Assembly: GCA_010015805.1 (NCBI GenBank)
Contig: ML978144.1
Coordinates: 1 to 64,000, forward strand
Origin: Rhizodiscina lignyota
Lineage: Eukaryota
DNA: 64,000 nucleotides
Direction: 5' to 3'
Made by a program: the position numbers and the translations under genes. Shown here piece by piece: positions 12,293 to 25,208 of this stretch. The notes beneath the pieces were generated by a model that was not told where the DNA came from, did not search any database, and was given only the letters and a program-made list of their open reading frames with translations. Numbering within the stretch: the first letter of the stretch is position 1; each line of letters begins with the position of its first letter.

Positions 12293-14044
12293 ATGGACCA
12301 GCCATCGGAAGACGAGGCACTACGCGCCTTCGGTCTCCAAGGCTTTGGCAAGCAAACGCGAGAAACGAATGTGCAGGCGCAGATAGAGCAGTCGCGGCGC
12401 AAACCACAGAAAACCCTCGTGCAGTATGGGCCCGACTCGGATGATGAGAGTCACAAGAGTCACAAGAGCAGGGACTCTGACAATGATGACGACGACGATG
12501 ATGATGATGAGGATGAAGAGGAGGAGGACGAATTTCCAGTATCACACGAGCTGGTTCTCAAAACTCACGAGGCTGCTGTCACGGCCATGACGATGGATGC
12601 GTCGGGCACGCGACTAATAACAGGCTCGATCGACTGCACCCTCAAATTCCATGACATTCCAAGCATGACGGCGACCTCCCTTCGCTCCTTCAAATCGGTC
12701 GACCCCAACGAAACAAAGGGAGCGACAATCGGCGAAACCCATCCGATCAACCAAGTCACTTTCAACCCTATTTCACCCAGCCAAGTCTTAGTCATTAGCG
12801 CGTCGAACCCTCAAGCGAAGATATTCAATCGAGAAGGAGAACTTCAAACCCAGTTTGTCAAAGGGGACATGTACCTCCGAGACATGCACAACACGAAAGG
12901 TCACGTATCAGCGATTACGTCTGGCGCGTGGCATCCTACGGACTACAGCTACTGCGTGACGGCCGGTACAGATAGCACATTGCGTATATGGGATGTCACC
13001 AATAAAAGGGCGCAAAAAGAAGTCATTGTACATAAATCGAGAGCTGAAGGCTCGGCCGGTCGGACACGAATGACAGCCGTGGCGTGGGGTGCTCCTGCTC
13101 AAGGGGGTTCGAACATATTGGTGTCTGCTGCACTGGATGGTAGCCTTGTCATGTGGAGTGGTGAAGGCCCATACAGTCGCCCAACAGGGGAGATCAGAGA
13201 CGCCCACACCCGAGATACCTGGACCAGCGGCATCGACGTAAGCGCAGATGGCCGATTAGTGGTCACCAGAGGAGGCGACAACACGATTAAGTTGTGGGAC
13301 ACACGCAAGTTCAAAGATCCCGTCTCAACGACGAGCCACGCATCGACCTCATCACAATTCCCAACATCGAACATCAAATTCTCTCCAAACTCCATGAACA
13401 TCATCACGGGATCGGAGACTGGCGACCTACACATCCTCAGCACTGCACGACTCACTCCAGAGCTGATTACCCCCGTCACCCCCGGCTCCCCTCTCATCTC
13501 CGTACTTTGGCATCCTAAATTGAACCAAATCGTTACTGGCTCTGCCAACGCCGAAACACACATCCTCTACAACCCCTCCATTTCCACTGGCGGTGCAATA
13601 TATGTTATGAGCCGCGCCCCCAAAAAGCGACACGTCGATGACGATCCCACCCGCACGATGGACCTCTCCAATGGCGTCGACCCCTCCACCATCATTGTGC
13701 CAGGTTCTCTTCCCCGCGGCACAAGTCTCACTGCCAAACATCCAACCCTCGGGACTACTGCGTCTGGCAGGAGCCGTGACCCACGCCGTCCACATCTCCC
13801 GTTGACGACGCCATTCGCGAAGAGTCAGCCAGACGAAAAGCATATCAGAGAGCATATCCCGCTGAGTAGCATGCGTGATGAGGACCCACGAGCGGCGCTG
13901 CTTAAGTATGCTGACAAGGCGAAGAACGATCCGATGTTCACGAATGCTTGGAAGGACACGCAGCCGAAGACTATCTATGCTGAGCTGAGTGATGAGGAGG
14001 AGGGCAGCGACGACGAGCCGGCCAAGAAGAAGGCGAAAACTTGA
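12293..14044 (+). CDS. wdr70: WD40-repeat protein, WDR70/Gad-1 family
   Basis: Acidic N-terminus, FVKGDMYLRDMHNTKGH, repeated WD motifs, C-terminal DEDPRAALLKYA...AWKDTQPK; intronless 583 aa. Confidence 0.88.
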   Translation: MDQPSEDEALRAFGLQGFGKQTRETNVQAQIEQSRRKPQKTLVQYGPDSDDESHKSHKSRDSDNDDDDDDDDEDEEEEDEFPVSHELVLKTHEAAVTAMTMDASGTRLITGSIDCTLKFHDIPSMTATSLRSFKSVDPNETKGATIGETHPINQVTFNPISPSQVLVISASNPQAKIFNREGELQTQFVKGDMYLRDMHNTKGHVSAITSGAWHPTDYSYCVTAGTDSTLRIWDVTNKRAQKEVIVHKSRAEGSAGRTRMTAVAWGAPAQGGSNILVSAALDGSLVMWSGEGPYSRPTGEIRDAHTRDTWTSGIDVSADGRLVVTRGGDNTIKLWDTRKFKDPVSTTSHASTSSQFPTSNIKFSPNSMNIITGSETGDLHILSTARLTPELITPVTPGSPLISVLWHPKLNQIVTGSANAETHILYNPSISTGGAIYVMSRAPKKRHVDDDPTRTMDLSNGVDPSTIIVPGSLPRGTSLTAKHPTLGTTASGRSRDPRRPHLPLTTPFAKSQPDEKHIREHIPLSSMRDEDPRAALLKYADKAKNDPMFTNAWKDTQPKTIYAELSDEEEGSDDEPAKKKAKT

Positions 14045-14207
14045 CCTTAAACTTTGCCGGCTGTCTTTTCCCGGTTGTCTTTTCCAGGCGTGATGGGATT
14101 TGCGAGATACCATGGGCTCGGGTTGTAACATACATCATAGGTAGATTCGCACACATCAGTGCGCAGACGAAGAATGAAAAAAGCATTGGCATGTCTTGTC
14201 TTGCAAT

Positions 14208-14960
14208 TTAAATCTCCCAACTCTCCCTTGGCCTCCTGACCATGCACACCCGCTTCCCGCCCCCTTCAAGCTCTACCCTGCCACTTTCAATAATCTCACT
14301 ACCCCATCCCTGATACAATCCTAATCCAACGTCCGTAGCTTCCAAATAAATCACCGCCCCCTCTGCGTCAGCACGGTCAATGCCCCACTGGAACAGCCTC
14401 GAAGCGATCCCTTGGCGTAGATGGCATGGGTGCGTCGCTAACATCGTGAGATGATACACATCGCAGTTCTGGAAGCGTTGGAGCGCGGCAGACTTGATGG
14501 CCTCTAGCTGAGTTGTACACGAGCGGAAGAGTGTCGAAGACATGCCCTTTGGCACCGCCACACCGAGTGCGTCCTCAACTACACCGGGCGCTCTTTTTGA
14601 GTCTGAGCTCGCTGCTCTGTGGTTCTCGCCTGCAGTTTCATTGGCCTCGCGTGGGTCGTAGACCCAGCATGCGAACGCGATGATCTCGCAATTCTCCGCA
14701 TCGTTCTGCGCGCGTGGCGCTAACGAGGTAGGAACAGCTTTCAACATGTACGTATCTGGATTTGATAGTTGACGATGCCATAAATCTTCTAGCCATTCTC
14801 GCCGGTTGATCGCTTGCTGTTCTGCTGTGAAGTCTGGCCTAACCGGGAAAAGGTGCTGGTCTAGCAGATCGTCGCGCATAGCGGTCGTGACGAGGGACAC
14901 TATTTGGGGAACGTCGGAGGGGCTGCAGGGAGAAATACGGTATCTGGGTGTGAATTCCAT
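14208..14960 (-). CDS. GNAT family N-acetyltransferase
   Basis: Motif A LATHPCHLRQGIASRL and motif B IYLEAT..GLGLYQGWG. Confidence 0.88.
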   Translation of the reverse strand: MEFTPRYRISPCSPSDVPQIVSLVTTAMRDDLLDQHLFPVRPDFTAEQQAINRREWLEDLWHRQLSNPDTYMLKAVPTSLAPRAQNDAENCEIIAFACWVYDPREANETAGENHRAASSDSKRAPGVVEDALGVAVPKGMSSTLFRSCTTQLEAIKSAALQRFQNCDVYHLTMLATHPCHLRQGIASRLFQWGIDRADAEGAVIYLEATDVGLGLYQGWGSEIIESGRVELEGGGKRVCMVRRPRESWEI

Positions 14961-15246
14961 CGTAGCTCAAGTTACACTTAGAGCTCGTAGAATCAAATAT
15001 AGTTGACATGAAGTTCGTTGTCAAGTTCTGGGATGCGCAAAACTGTTTCTTGGTCGCCTATTATTCTTGACAGACTTGATTGAATTCGAGAATAGATCTG
15101 GATATTTACATGACGGTAGCCAATTAAATCATTCGGTTGAAACAAATATGCGTTTCTTGCTTGATTTGTATATAAAGTGCTAAAGCATTCTTGGTCTTTG
15201 TACTCCGATCTTCCTCTACTTGAAGCTATCACTGAGAGGCGGAAGT

Positions 15247-17664
15247 CTAATCCGTTTCATCATAATCCGAGTCTGAGCGTAGGGTTAATTCTGGAACCAC
15301 GAAATTCTCATCATCGTCCTCGCTCTCAACCTCTGGCTCAGGACGCGCAGGAATATCGGATAGCGCAGCAAGGGGAAATGGCTTAGAAGACGAGCTCCGT
15401 GCGACACTCTCAGATAGCTGTGTCACTGAGCGTGTTAAAGCATCCTGTTCTGCGCCTTCGTGAGCTTCTACCACTTGATTTGGTGCAAAGTCTGGAGCCT
15501 GCGCGGCTTTGAGGCGCTTTGAGGAATCCAGATCCGATTGAGTCGTTTCCGAAACAGAGACTTTTCTTTTGTTGGAGCCTTGATCCTGCTTTATGCTTGA
15601 ATCGGTGGTCTGCTCAACCATGCCTTCAGGTGCAGCGTGAGGCTGTTCGAGGAATGAAAAGTCTACAGAGCCTCGTTGAGCTGCTAAAGTCTCTCCAAAA
15701 GTGAGTGACGAGGACTCCTGCACAGAAGGCGGGAGATAATCTCCGTCCGGTCGAGGGTCCTCCATACCACGAGACTCTTCGAGATGTCCCGTCTCATTTT
15801 CCTTCTCTGGATCGATTAAATTCGAGTCATCGTCGAGCTGATGCAGAATCACTGGCATTCTCGGCTTGATCAGGCATTGAACTTTAATGTCGTTGGCGTA
15901 CAGTCGTGCGAGGAGTGGAAGATTGCTTGCATGATGCGGAGACGCATTCTGGATACTTGCGAGGATCGCCTCCCTGTTCTGTGACAAGATTGCAGCTCTG
16001 TCCATTGTGGCCCTCAGATTCTTTGTAACCAAGCCGGAAGGAATGTAACTGAGCAACAAGGGCAGCAAGTCAGATGCAGCACTGTGGACATCTGGCTCCA
16101 CCTGATGAATAGTGTCCGACACTGCCAATGGTCCGACTATACTCTCAGGCTTTTTTGATAATGAGCCGTTGCCTTTGCCTTTCGCAAAATCGGATAGCTC
16201 GGAGGAAGATGTATGACCAGTGGGTGGAAGAGCATCTGGACAGCAAGCAGCTATTAGAGGCCTGAGAGACTCAACAGACTCTTTATCCAATGTCGCTCCA
16301 AGAAGAGGGAGCAGCAGCGCCAAAACAGCATATGTAGCGACTCGAATTGCAGGCACTGAAGATTCTTTCTCGAATACCCACGACACCTGGAGAAGTAACT
16401 CGGGGGCAATAGGAAGCGAGCTGGCCTGTAATCGGCTTAGAATTGCTTGAACCGTCCTAATCAAGGCAACGTGTATATCTGGAAGAATATTCGATAGTTC
16501 TTCTCGCTCAGCCCTCTCAAATCTCGAGTCGGCTCTTCCGCTGCTTTCCCAATCCCGCGGAGAAGGCGGCCTTGCGACGGAGAAAAGTCGATTAAACATA
16601 TCCGCGATGTGGCCGATGGTAGGAGAGGTACTATAAGATGCCGGAGTACGGAAGTATTGTTCTAGCAAACCAAGCAGCCCATTGATCCTCTCAGCTCCGG
16701 AAGGGATTCCAACCCAGGGTCCTAGACCGATCGAATCTTTCTCCAAGCGAGATGGAATCGGTTGAAGCGCCTCGATATTATGTTGCACAGGGTAATAGCC
16801 TACAACAGATTCCCAGTTCTCGTTGATACTTCGAAAGACCTCATCTGCAGTCTCATGAATGGTCGTGATGAGACGCCTCAATGCCGTTTCCCATTCTTCT
16901 GCAGATGCGTTTTTTGGAGCGCATTCATGTAGTTGTACGTAGAGCTTTCGTGCATCTTCTCGAATGCTCTCAGGTACTGGAACGCTTGGCAGGAGCTGGT
17001 CCCCAGAAGACAACATAGATGCTGGTGCAATATACTGCACAAGTGCTTCTCGAATCCGTGGAGCATACGTACGGAAGATTGTTGGATGACGACCAATTAA
17101 TTGGGAGAAGCTCTTTAATACGATTTCAACCAAATTCAGATGCGTTCTTATAGAATCAACACCAACGTCCAGGATCTGAAGGCACGCCGACACTAGGGAA
17201 GGGAGGTTTGGTGTGACGATTTCTCGGATCAAGGTCGCATATTCACGAGCCAAGACAAAAATCCGCGTTATCGTGATGATTGACAGCACTTTCGTAGTCG
17301 GCGGATCATTCTTGTTCAATATGGTAAGTAAACTCCGCGTCCATCTTGCGGACCCTTGAACGGCCTCATAACCTCCAAGCTCGACTGCGCTCTTGGCCAT
17401 CACCACGCCCGTCCATCTTCCTTCAATAGACCGATCCTGGAGCAGACTTGAGATTCGAGTATTGAGCTTATGGAAAAGTGTTGAAGTTTCTGCTCTGTCC
17501 TTGGAACCAGGAGTGCCGGGTGTGGAAAGAACGCTTTTGCACCGTTCCAACTGAGCGCTGAGATGTGGTGTAATATTCGGTAAATGCTGAGTCGGGGTTG
17601 TCGTAAGGCGATATGTCACCGCTCGAAGGGCGACAGCCTCATAGGATGCCTCTACAGGCGCCAT
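15247..17664 (-). CDS. RIX1: Pre-rRNA-processing protein RIX1 (PELP1/Ipi2 family)
   Basis: N-terminal LRAVTYRL, GRWTGVV, IITITRIF...YATLIREIVTPNLP, HPTIFRT, CAPK motifs and acidic C-tail; intronless 805 aa. Confidence 0.85.
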   Translation of the reverse strand: MAPVEASYEAVALRAVTYRLTTTPTQHLPNITPHLSAQLERCKSVLSTPGTPGSKDRAETSTLFHKLNTRISSLLQDRSIEGRWTGVVMAKSAVELGGYEAVQGSARWTRSLLTILNKNDPPTTKVLSIITITRIFVLAREYATLIREIVTPNLPSLVSACLQILDVGVDSIRTHLNLVEIVLKSFSQLIGRHPTIFRTYAPRIREALVQYIAPASMLSSGDQLLPSVPVPESIREDARKLYVQLHECAPKNASAEEWETALRRLITTIHETADEVFRSINENWESVVGYYPVQHNIEALQPIPSRLEKDSIGLGPWVGIPSGAERINGLLGLLEQYFRTPASYSTSPTIGHIADMFNRLFSVARPPSPRDWESSGRADSRFERAEREELSNILPDIHVALIRTVQAILSRLQASSLPIAPELLLQVSWVFEKESSVPAIRVATYAVLALLLPLLGATLDKESVESLRPLIAACCPDALPPTGHTSSSELSDFAKGKGNGSLSKKPESIVGPLAVSDTIHQVEPDVHSAASDLLPLLLSYIPSGLVTKNLRATMDRAAILSQNREAILASIQNASPHHASNLPLLARLYANDIKVQCLIKPRMPVILHQLDDDSNLIDPEKENETGHLEESRGMEDPRPDGDYLPPSVQESSSLTFGETLAAQRGSVDFSFLEQPHAAPEGMVEQTTDSSIKQDQGSNKRKVSVSETTQSDLDSSKRLKAAQAPDFAPNQVVEAHEGAEQDALTRSVTQLSESVARSSSSKPFPLAALSDIPARPEPEVESEDDDENFVVPELTLRSDSDYDETD

Positions 17665-17931
17665 CGATGGCTGAAGAGACTTGAGATTTCACAATTGGTC
17701 GTCAAATCTTTTGTATAAAAAAGGCGCCACGCCAAGCCATCCAAGGAAATTTACCGTCGTGTAAGCGGGCGGCTAGCGCGCCAGTCTGCCGCAGGACAAC
17801 GAATTCATGTGCAGCTCTCCGCCTTCTCCTGTCCGGATTCTCGAAGCACTGCTCCTTGGACGCGTTCAGTTCATTATGAGACAGAAGGAATCCATTGAAT
17901 CGAATGTGCGATAGCACTCGCTCCGCCCACA
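17665..17931. promoter_or_regulatory. Short bidirectional promoter between RIX1 and the YPP1-like gene
   Basis: Divergent start codons about 270 bp apart. Confidence 0.55.
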
Positions 17932-20900
17932 ATGGCCGTACGTCGCGCCCCTTGCACAATTTCTCCGTTGCCTCGAAGCCTTGAGCTCCGACGTCATACT
18001 CGGCGTCCAGGATTTGGCATGTAGCTAATACTACGCAACAGGGACAATTGAGCGAAAAAGCGATTCGATACCTCGCGCAATTGGACGCGGCGCGATGTGA
18101 TGGCCGCTGGAATGAAGTCCCGGAGCTTGCGCGCAAGGTCGAGAAGCATGCGCCGCAGAGAAAATGTGCAGCTGCCCCCGACTCCTTGGAAATATATCGT
18201 TGACAGTGCATAGGCCTCGCTATCACCGCCCGAACAGAGGCACAGATTGCAGTCCAAGGTCCCCAGCGACCCGTCACCGCACTTTCGGATTCCTCGAAAA
18301 CGAAGTCGCTCTTGTCACCGCTCCTTGCCCCACTACAAGCTGCTTTCGAGCAAAGCAACGTCCTGTCCGAAGATGCATTCGAAGCGACAGTATGCCTGGC
18401 TTGGATACAATGGCTGCTAGGGGAGCCGCAACTCGCTGTGGCACAACTACCAGATGACTTTGCAGTCTTGCTGAAGGAGCTGTTAGAGGGCGATCGCACC
18501 ATTGGGCAGTCGGTGCGCGTCTGCGCAATCAAAGGCGCCTACATCAAAGGTATGGAAAGGGCACTATCTCACATATGCTGGAATTGAGCCATCTGCTAGG
18601 CCATTCTCTCGAGAAACTACGGGCTGTCCAGTCGGCCACCTCCACCTACCTTTCCATGCTCCCTTACCTATCCTCCTTCCAGAGCTTTAAGACGACCAAC
18701 TCCCAGTTCTGCCTTTGGACACAATGCCTCCTGACCCGCCTCTGCGTCATATCTGCCTCTCCTACCGTCCCGGTCACCGGCATTGACATCAACACCACAC
18801 TCTGGCTTTTCAGTATTTGGCAGACGTTCTGGACAACCTCCACAGCGCTCAGGAGTATCAGTGGATATGACCCTCGAAAAGATTTGGGATACTTGTGGCG
18901 AGATGTATGGTTCGCATACTACAGGACATTGAGTGACATCTTGCAACGTGGTTGGCTGTATTCTCTAGGGCATTCTGCGGACACCGCTCCTCGGGTTTTA
19001 GAGTCCCCGGAGATTTTGAGCGAAGACGAGTTTCTCGCATCGAGATTGCGTCAAAGAGCAGATTTGAAGAACATCGAAGCGATCAATGAGAGCTTCCTTC
19101 TCAAAGAGACCACATTCCCCAAAGCCACCGAACGGAATGAGGACGTAGAGGCATGGGCTGATGCTGTAATGCGTAATTGGCGTGTAATGTGCGGCCCGAC
19201 ATGGACAGATGAAGAGCTTGGTGCAGGAGGTAAGGGTGCTGTTGGCCGAGGAGTCCTGGACATCCTATATCGTGCCGCTACGAAGACATATCACTCGACG
19301 CAGATTCTGCGACACTTATTTACAGTCCACGCATCGCTGGCGGAATTTGATCTTGCGTTCAAAGCCTTCGACTCATATGTCGAGATTGTGACTAGGGGCA
19401 AAGATGATGCAGAGAAGAGCGGGGAAGCCGATCGGGCCCTCGACGATGACGACACCGTGTTGAAGACATCGGCAGAGGCAATTCGGATATTATGTCGTTT
19501 TGGCGGTCGAAAGGAGGCAGAAAAGGCAATAGAGATTGGCGATAGAATGGAGAAATGGTTGAAGCAACACACGCCGGTTGTACCCACAACAAGGTCGTCC
19601 CGAGAGGACCAGGAAGACCGGACAGAGATGGCGGTCTCTCCGAAGGCCATATCAATTGCGTATAGAGCAATTGCCCTGAGCCAAGCACATTGGGCACGGG
19701 TCACTTACGATGCGAAAGCGAGAGCCGGACTCCAAACGCAAGCCGTTCACTGTTTCACAAAATCGCTGGATCCGAAGTTTGAAGACCCGCGGAATGTGGA
19801 GACGGTGTACTCACTCAGTCTTTTGCTAGCTGAGACCCGAGATATTTCGGGGGCAATCAAGCTGATCAAGCAAGCATTAGGTCCATTATCCAACTCGATC
19901 CCGGCGCTGGCCCCTGACGGTGTAATGTCAGACGGGGAAAGGCTGGCCTCTGACGGCAGCTACATAGCAGAGAGGAGGGCAGTACCTATATGGCACTTGT
20001 TGGCGTTGCTCCTTACTGCGAGATCTGAATACACAACAGCTGGGCGTGCATGCGATGCTGCCTTCGAACAGTTTCGCGATCCCTCAAATCTTTATGGCGC
20101 CGAAGAATCTGAGCGCTACAAGAGCGATCATCTAAACCAACTGTCCGCCACATCAATGAACGAAAAAGCAGGGCATCGGAGAACAACGGGCATAGTTGAT
20201 CGTATGGAGGCATTTGAACGTGAGAGCCTCTTGCAGGTCAAAATAACGCAGCTTTCGCTTATAGAAGCGATCGACGGGAGCACTGCTGCTGTCGACTCCT
20301 CTGATCAACTTCTTGCTTTGTATGCACGGCTTTTTGGAGACCCGTCAAGTGCTCCGTTGAACTTGCAGCCGACAGCTTCGTTCCTATCACCGCCAAAGAC
20401 GGCAAGATCACTCAGGGACAGCATACTCGGGAGATCAAGTAATTCGAAACGGATATCGCTTAGACCGAAGTCTGGCATAGCGGGATCGACTGCGACGGGT
20501 ATCTCTAGGCCATCAACGATGGCAACGCACGCTACAGCACCGGCGCCTACAATTCAAGTCATTGATGAAGAGGGTCAAAACATGCAAGATGAGCAGAAGC
20601 ATTCTCATCATCATGTATTACACCATAAGCCCCATTCTGAGCGACCGGTGAGCAGGCGGAGTGAAAGTGTCAGACTGAGGAGGCGAAGAAGCCAAGACCT
20701 CGAAAAGCAAGAGCCACGACCTGCTACATCCAACGGCGTTAATGAAAAGGCCCCTCTCGTGGAAGACCCGCCACCGGTACCACCGATACAATCTGCTACT
20801 CACAACGCGGAGGATGTTGAGTATCATGCCATATCTAGCGACGAAGAACGACCAGCGACGCGGAATTTCCCGCCTATCGCACATAATTTACCGTTAGAGA

Positions 20901-21899
20901 AAGAACCGCCACCCGCAGGTCAGCATAACCAGCCGCCTCACCAAGATGTTCGTCTTCCAGCACCATTCCCAACCTCTCCAGATACTTCCGATTACGCAGC
21001 CCTCGAACCGAAGCTCCCGGTGCTGCAAGAGCGGCGGCATAAGGTTAGCCTACTGGTGCAGGTCTGGCTCTTTATTGCCGGCCTCTATACCAGGGCGGCG
21101 ATGTATGAGGATGCTAAAGGCGCGATTGATGAAGCTTTTAAACTTGTGCAAGGTTTTGAAGGAGAAGTGAGTAAACAAGATCCGAGCGTGAGGGGCTTCT
21201 CAGACAGAGGCTGGGGAGGAGGCAAGAGTGTGGAGGGATTGTGGGGAGATGTCTGGGCTGAGGTATATCTACCTCATTACTGTCAATGTTGACGGAATGG
21301 GTCTTAGCTAACTATGACTCCAGCAAGGTCACCTCGCACGCGCCCGCGAACTCCCCCACGAAGCTATGGCATACTACGAGAAGGCCCTCTCCCGTTTTCC
21401 AGATCATCCTGCGGCAACGGTGGGTTTGTCAGAGATCCTGCTCGACATTTATTGTCAAAAGATCCCACCGGAGCCTGCAGACCCTGCTTCACTCCTCCCG
21501 TCTACCTTCTCCACTCCGGACAAAGACACTGCGTCTGCTCAGATGCCATCCAACGGGGATCTTGCGGGGAACGCAAACTCGACCCAATACCATTCAACTC
21601 CGAGAGAGCATCACGCAGATGGTGCGACTGGAACTTCACAATCACAAATCAAGCCTATAACGCCAGAAGAGTTGAACAGGCTTGCGGCACGTGATCGTGC
21701 TTACAGTCTACTCTCCAGCCTTACAAAGTTGGGATGCGGATGGGATTATTCAGAAGCATGGTTCGCCTTGGCCAGGGCGTATGAAGAAGGTGGTCAGGTA
21801 GAGAAAGCGAAGGAGGTGTTGTGGTGGTGCGTCGAGCTAGAGGATACGAGACCGATTCGTAGCTGGGGTGCAATTGGCTTGGGAGGCGGTGTGCTTTAA
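17932..21899 (+). CDS. YPP1: TPR scaffold, Ypp1/TTC7-like (filamentation protein Rhf1-like)
   Basis: KAIRYLAQLDAARCDGRWNEVPELARKVEKHAP N-terminus; C-terminal WDYSEAWFALARAYE...WWCVELEDTRPIR; introns 17938-18041, 18166-18213, 18550-18599 and ~21263-21323. Confidence 0.85.
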
Positions 21900-22499
21900 A
21901 AATTCATGAAGGGCTTGTAGTGAGTGAAGATTTTGTGATTTGGAAATTCGGCGTGTTAACGACGAGATCAAGAGGCCCTTATGAACCTACGGGTCTTCAA
22001 ACATTTTCTGAACACCTGCGTATAGAATTCTGACCTTGCTCCCGAGTGTTAACCTTGATGGAATCTTTGATGCCTAAAGTTTCACATCTTCTTGTGAAAC
22101 TGGATGACCTTGTCACTTCTTAAATTCTGCCTTCGAGTCTTCATTTCTTCTTTCACAAGTCTTAACTCTGTCTGGAGTGGTGGGAATGAGTCAGGCAACT
22201 CTTCGCGCGTTTCAGGCATCCACATATGCTCCAATGGAGTAACATGCTGCCACAGCTCCGGAGCGTTCTTAAACTTCTACTTCTCTTTATGCCTTTGATT
22301 CTTTGCTTCCCATCACCATATCACCGCATCACCGGCGTTGATCTCTCGTGATGCTGCGAACAATCCAAGAAATCTGAGATGCGCGCGACTGCCTCTTTAG
22401 CATCTGGGCAACAACACCCCTCATCAGCCCATCGGGAAGGAGCGACTGCTGAGATCAAAATACGTCTTCTAGCGCAATCTACGCCAGCCTCACCAAAGC

Positions 22500-23409
22500 A
22501 TGTCAACGCCAATTTCCAAGCAGTCAGAGTCGCCCTCTACAACAGCAACCGTGTCAATATGGTCGCCCTCGAATAGCGAGCGCACCATTGACTCCCCTGC
22601 ATCGACTCTGTCCTTCACCTCGCCCCCTCTTTCACCAACAAGTCGCGGTTATCGAAGCGGTCATCATGATTGCGAGGATTTGCGTGGCCTTGGGGTTTTC
22701 TTCGAAGATGGCGCCGCCTCGTCGAAAGCCCCTGCGGATGCAGAAAATCGACAAGTAGCACTTCAGAATCCGCCCGCCCCACCATTTTCACCGCAACCAT
22801 CAGTCTTGAATCCAATACTTGAGGTCTGTGATGCTCAGCCGCATGCCGAATCGTCGATGCGAGCGTCAGAATGGCGCGAGGGATCCGAGCCATATGTATA
22901 CCAGATCTTACCCTGCCTCCAATGCGCGATGAAAGGCATGCCCTGCAACAAGGCTGTTCCGTCTTGTTCTCGATGCGTTCGAAACGGCGAGGCCGTTTGT
23001 CTGGTCCAGCGAGTTAAGACGGCTGAAGAGTGGAAGAGCATTTTTAATGAAGGGAAGAGGGCAGAGACGGAACACGTCTTCCGCCAAAAGAGCATTTACA
23101 CTGGAGGTCTGGAGGAAGTGTTGAAGGTGGAAGAGTCGGTAAGTAAATTTATCTGTGCCCTTGCGGAGAATGATCGCTGACTGGTGATAGTTGCTTGAGC
23201 AGTTGAATGCACGGCTAGCTCATCGCAATTGGGTGTTACCAATCGCGTGCGAGGGTCACCGCCTCTCTGGCTTCTGTGCGCCGTATGGATTACAGAAGTA
23301 CGACCTAGCTCAAGCTATTGAGCAGATGAGGCTTGGTGATGGTTCTACGAAACCGCTAAAGTCCATGGGATCCTTGTGTGATTTGTGGGCGGAGGTGTCA
23401 ACGTGTTGA
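22500..23409 (+). CDS. Short protein with a Zn(II)2Cys6-like cluster
   Basis: CLQCAMKGMPCNKAVPSCSRCVRNGEAVC (22914-23000); intron 23139-23190 joins the 23191-23409 ORF in frame. Confidence 0.7.
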
Positions 23410-23719
23410 TCATGAAATGTCACTGGGAGAGGGGAATTGCAAGTGGAACCACACTGCTCTCATGCGACTTGCATCATATTCGGGACGAGCATCAAGGCCT
23501 GGCAGACGGAACTGATATATACGAGCTAGAATTTGCTCAAGATGGATTAAACGAACGCTATGTTGAAGGAGAAAAGTGAAAGCAGCAAGGTGCTGAGAAC
23601 ATGAGCTTGCTCTGACGAAACTCGTCAAGAACTGAAGAATCGCTGATATGCTAAGGCCCTAACAAAATGAAAACCCCAAATGCACACTTGATGCCATGAT
23701 GTCTATACGCTTCAGTTCT

Positions 23720-25208
23720 TTAATCATCAACCGTCTTTCCGCTCTCTTTACGACCAACCACTACGTTGGTCAAGGGCACAGGCTCGCTTCCGATGCTATC
23801 AGCTGAATGTTGACGGCCAGCAAATATATTGCGGATGCGAGACACCAAGCTTGTCTTTCCGGTCTCCTCTCCATTAACATGCATCGAAAACCGATGTGAT
23901 ACCAAGGTCTTAGCGGAAAGATAGCTCTTTGTTGGTGAGTTGGGCGTGCCGTTGCTGGTGGCTAGAGCGGAGTTGCTAGCACTACTACATAGTCAGCTTC
24001 TATTGCCTCAAGGTATGAACGGAAGAGCTTACAGTGAGTCGGTGCCAACAAAGGTATTGGCGGAGCTTCCTCTGCTGAACAAGCTCTTTGCCTTGCCACC
24101 AAGCAAGCTCCACTTTCCACTGTTGCCGGTCCGGGTCTGATGCCTCGTCTCTTCCAACAAAGATGGCCAAATCTTGCCCAGGCCAAGAGTTGCCAGCCAG
24201 CCTCTGTACATCTTCAGCGCCTCAGTTCCTGTGCCAAAGAAGAAGAAGACAAGCCATCCCGCAATGATGCTACCGAAGGTCTCCGGTCGTACTTTTCCAT
24301 GGCTTGGATAGAGATAGATGATGTCCCACTCAGAGTGTGTATATGACCAGGAGAAGGGTCCTGTAGAGACCGGAAAGGCGAGCGAGAAGGCATAGAGGTT
24401 GGCCGGCAGTTGAGAGCATATGATGAGGAGGCATAAGATGAACGTGCGCCAGAAACGTGAGCGGGTTGAGCTATGGCTCCGGATGAGGGTGGAAAAGTCG
24501 CGAGAGTAGCGGATGAGGCGGTAGATCACAATGCCTACAAATGAGACGTGAGATAGTAACTGAAAGTGAGCAATCTAGGAGTGGACAGTGCTTACATGCA
24601 TAGATGGCAGCAATGAGATCAAAGATTGGGAACCACATCACCGTTAGGACGATGCTGAGCCAGGAGTCGGCGATCACATAGACGCAGCCCGTTATGCCGA
24701 GGATGGCGTAGCGGCCTGCCTGAACGACGTAGAAGACCAAAATGAAGAACAGCGGTGCACCATAGCACAGGAGTAGTTCGAGCACCAATTTACGTCTCTT
24801 CTCGATCTTGCTTGTCGATATGACTGTCGCGTTCGTATCCAGGACTCTGGCCAGCTCACGGAAGATGCAAATGGTCGCCGCGGACCCACCAAGAGCGCCC
24901 ATGAGATACAGACGAACCTCAATGTCGCAGAACACAGCGCCCTGGAACCACTCAGTGACGTTGTCACGCGGCCATATGAGTACATTCGTGAATGTGACGA
25001 GGTTGAGGACTGTGAGGTAGATGATGAGGCTGGCAGCGCCGACGTTGCGATGCCTGAGGTGCCATATCAAGGGAGGCAGGTCGAGAAGGATGGCAATGAT
25101 GGCCAATATAGGAAGAATGACTGCAAGCGGGTAAAGTGGATATGTCTGCGATTCTGCGTCTGTTGCCATGGTTGCAGATGACGGAGCAGTGGCGGAATCT
25201 GGGTTCAT
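23720..25208 (-). CDS. STE3: STE3-type (a-factor-like) pheromone receptor GPCR
   Basis: LDLPPLIWHLRHRNVGA, IWPRDN..WFQGAVFCDIEVRL, YVVQAGRYAILGITGC, SRFWRTF, FFFFGTGTEA; introns 24535-24595 and ~23985-24032. Confidence 0.93.

Noticed and set aside
12481..12531. GAT/GAC/GAG triplet run
   Set aside because: Encodes the ordinary acidic tract of the WDR70-like protein
23982..23987. TAGTAG tandem acceptor in STE3 intron 2
   Set aside because: Would change only one residue in the disordered tail; common
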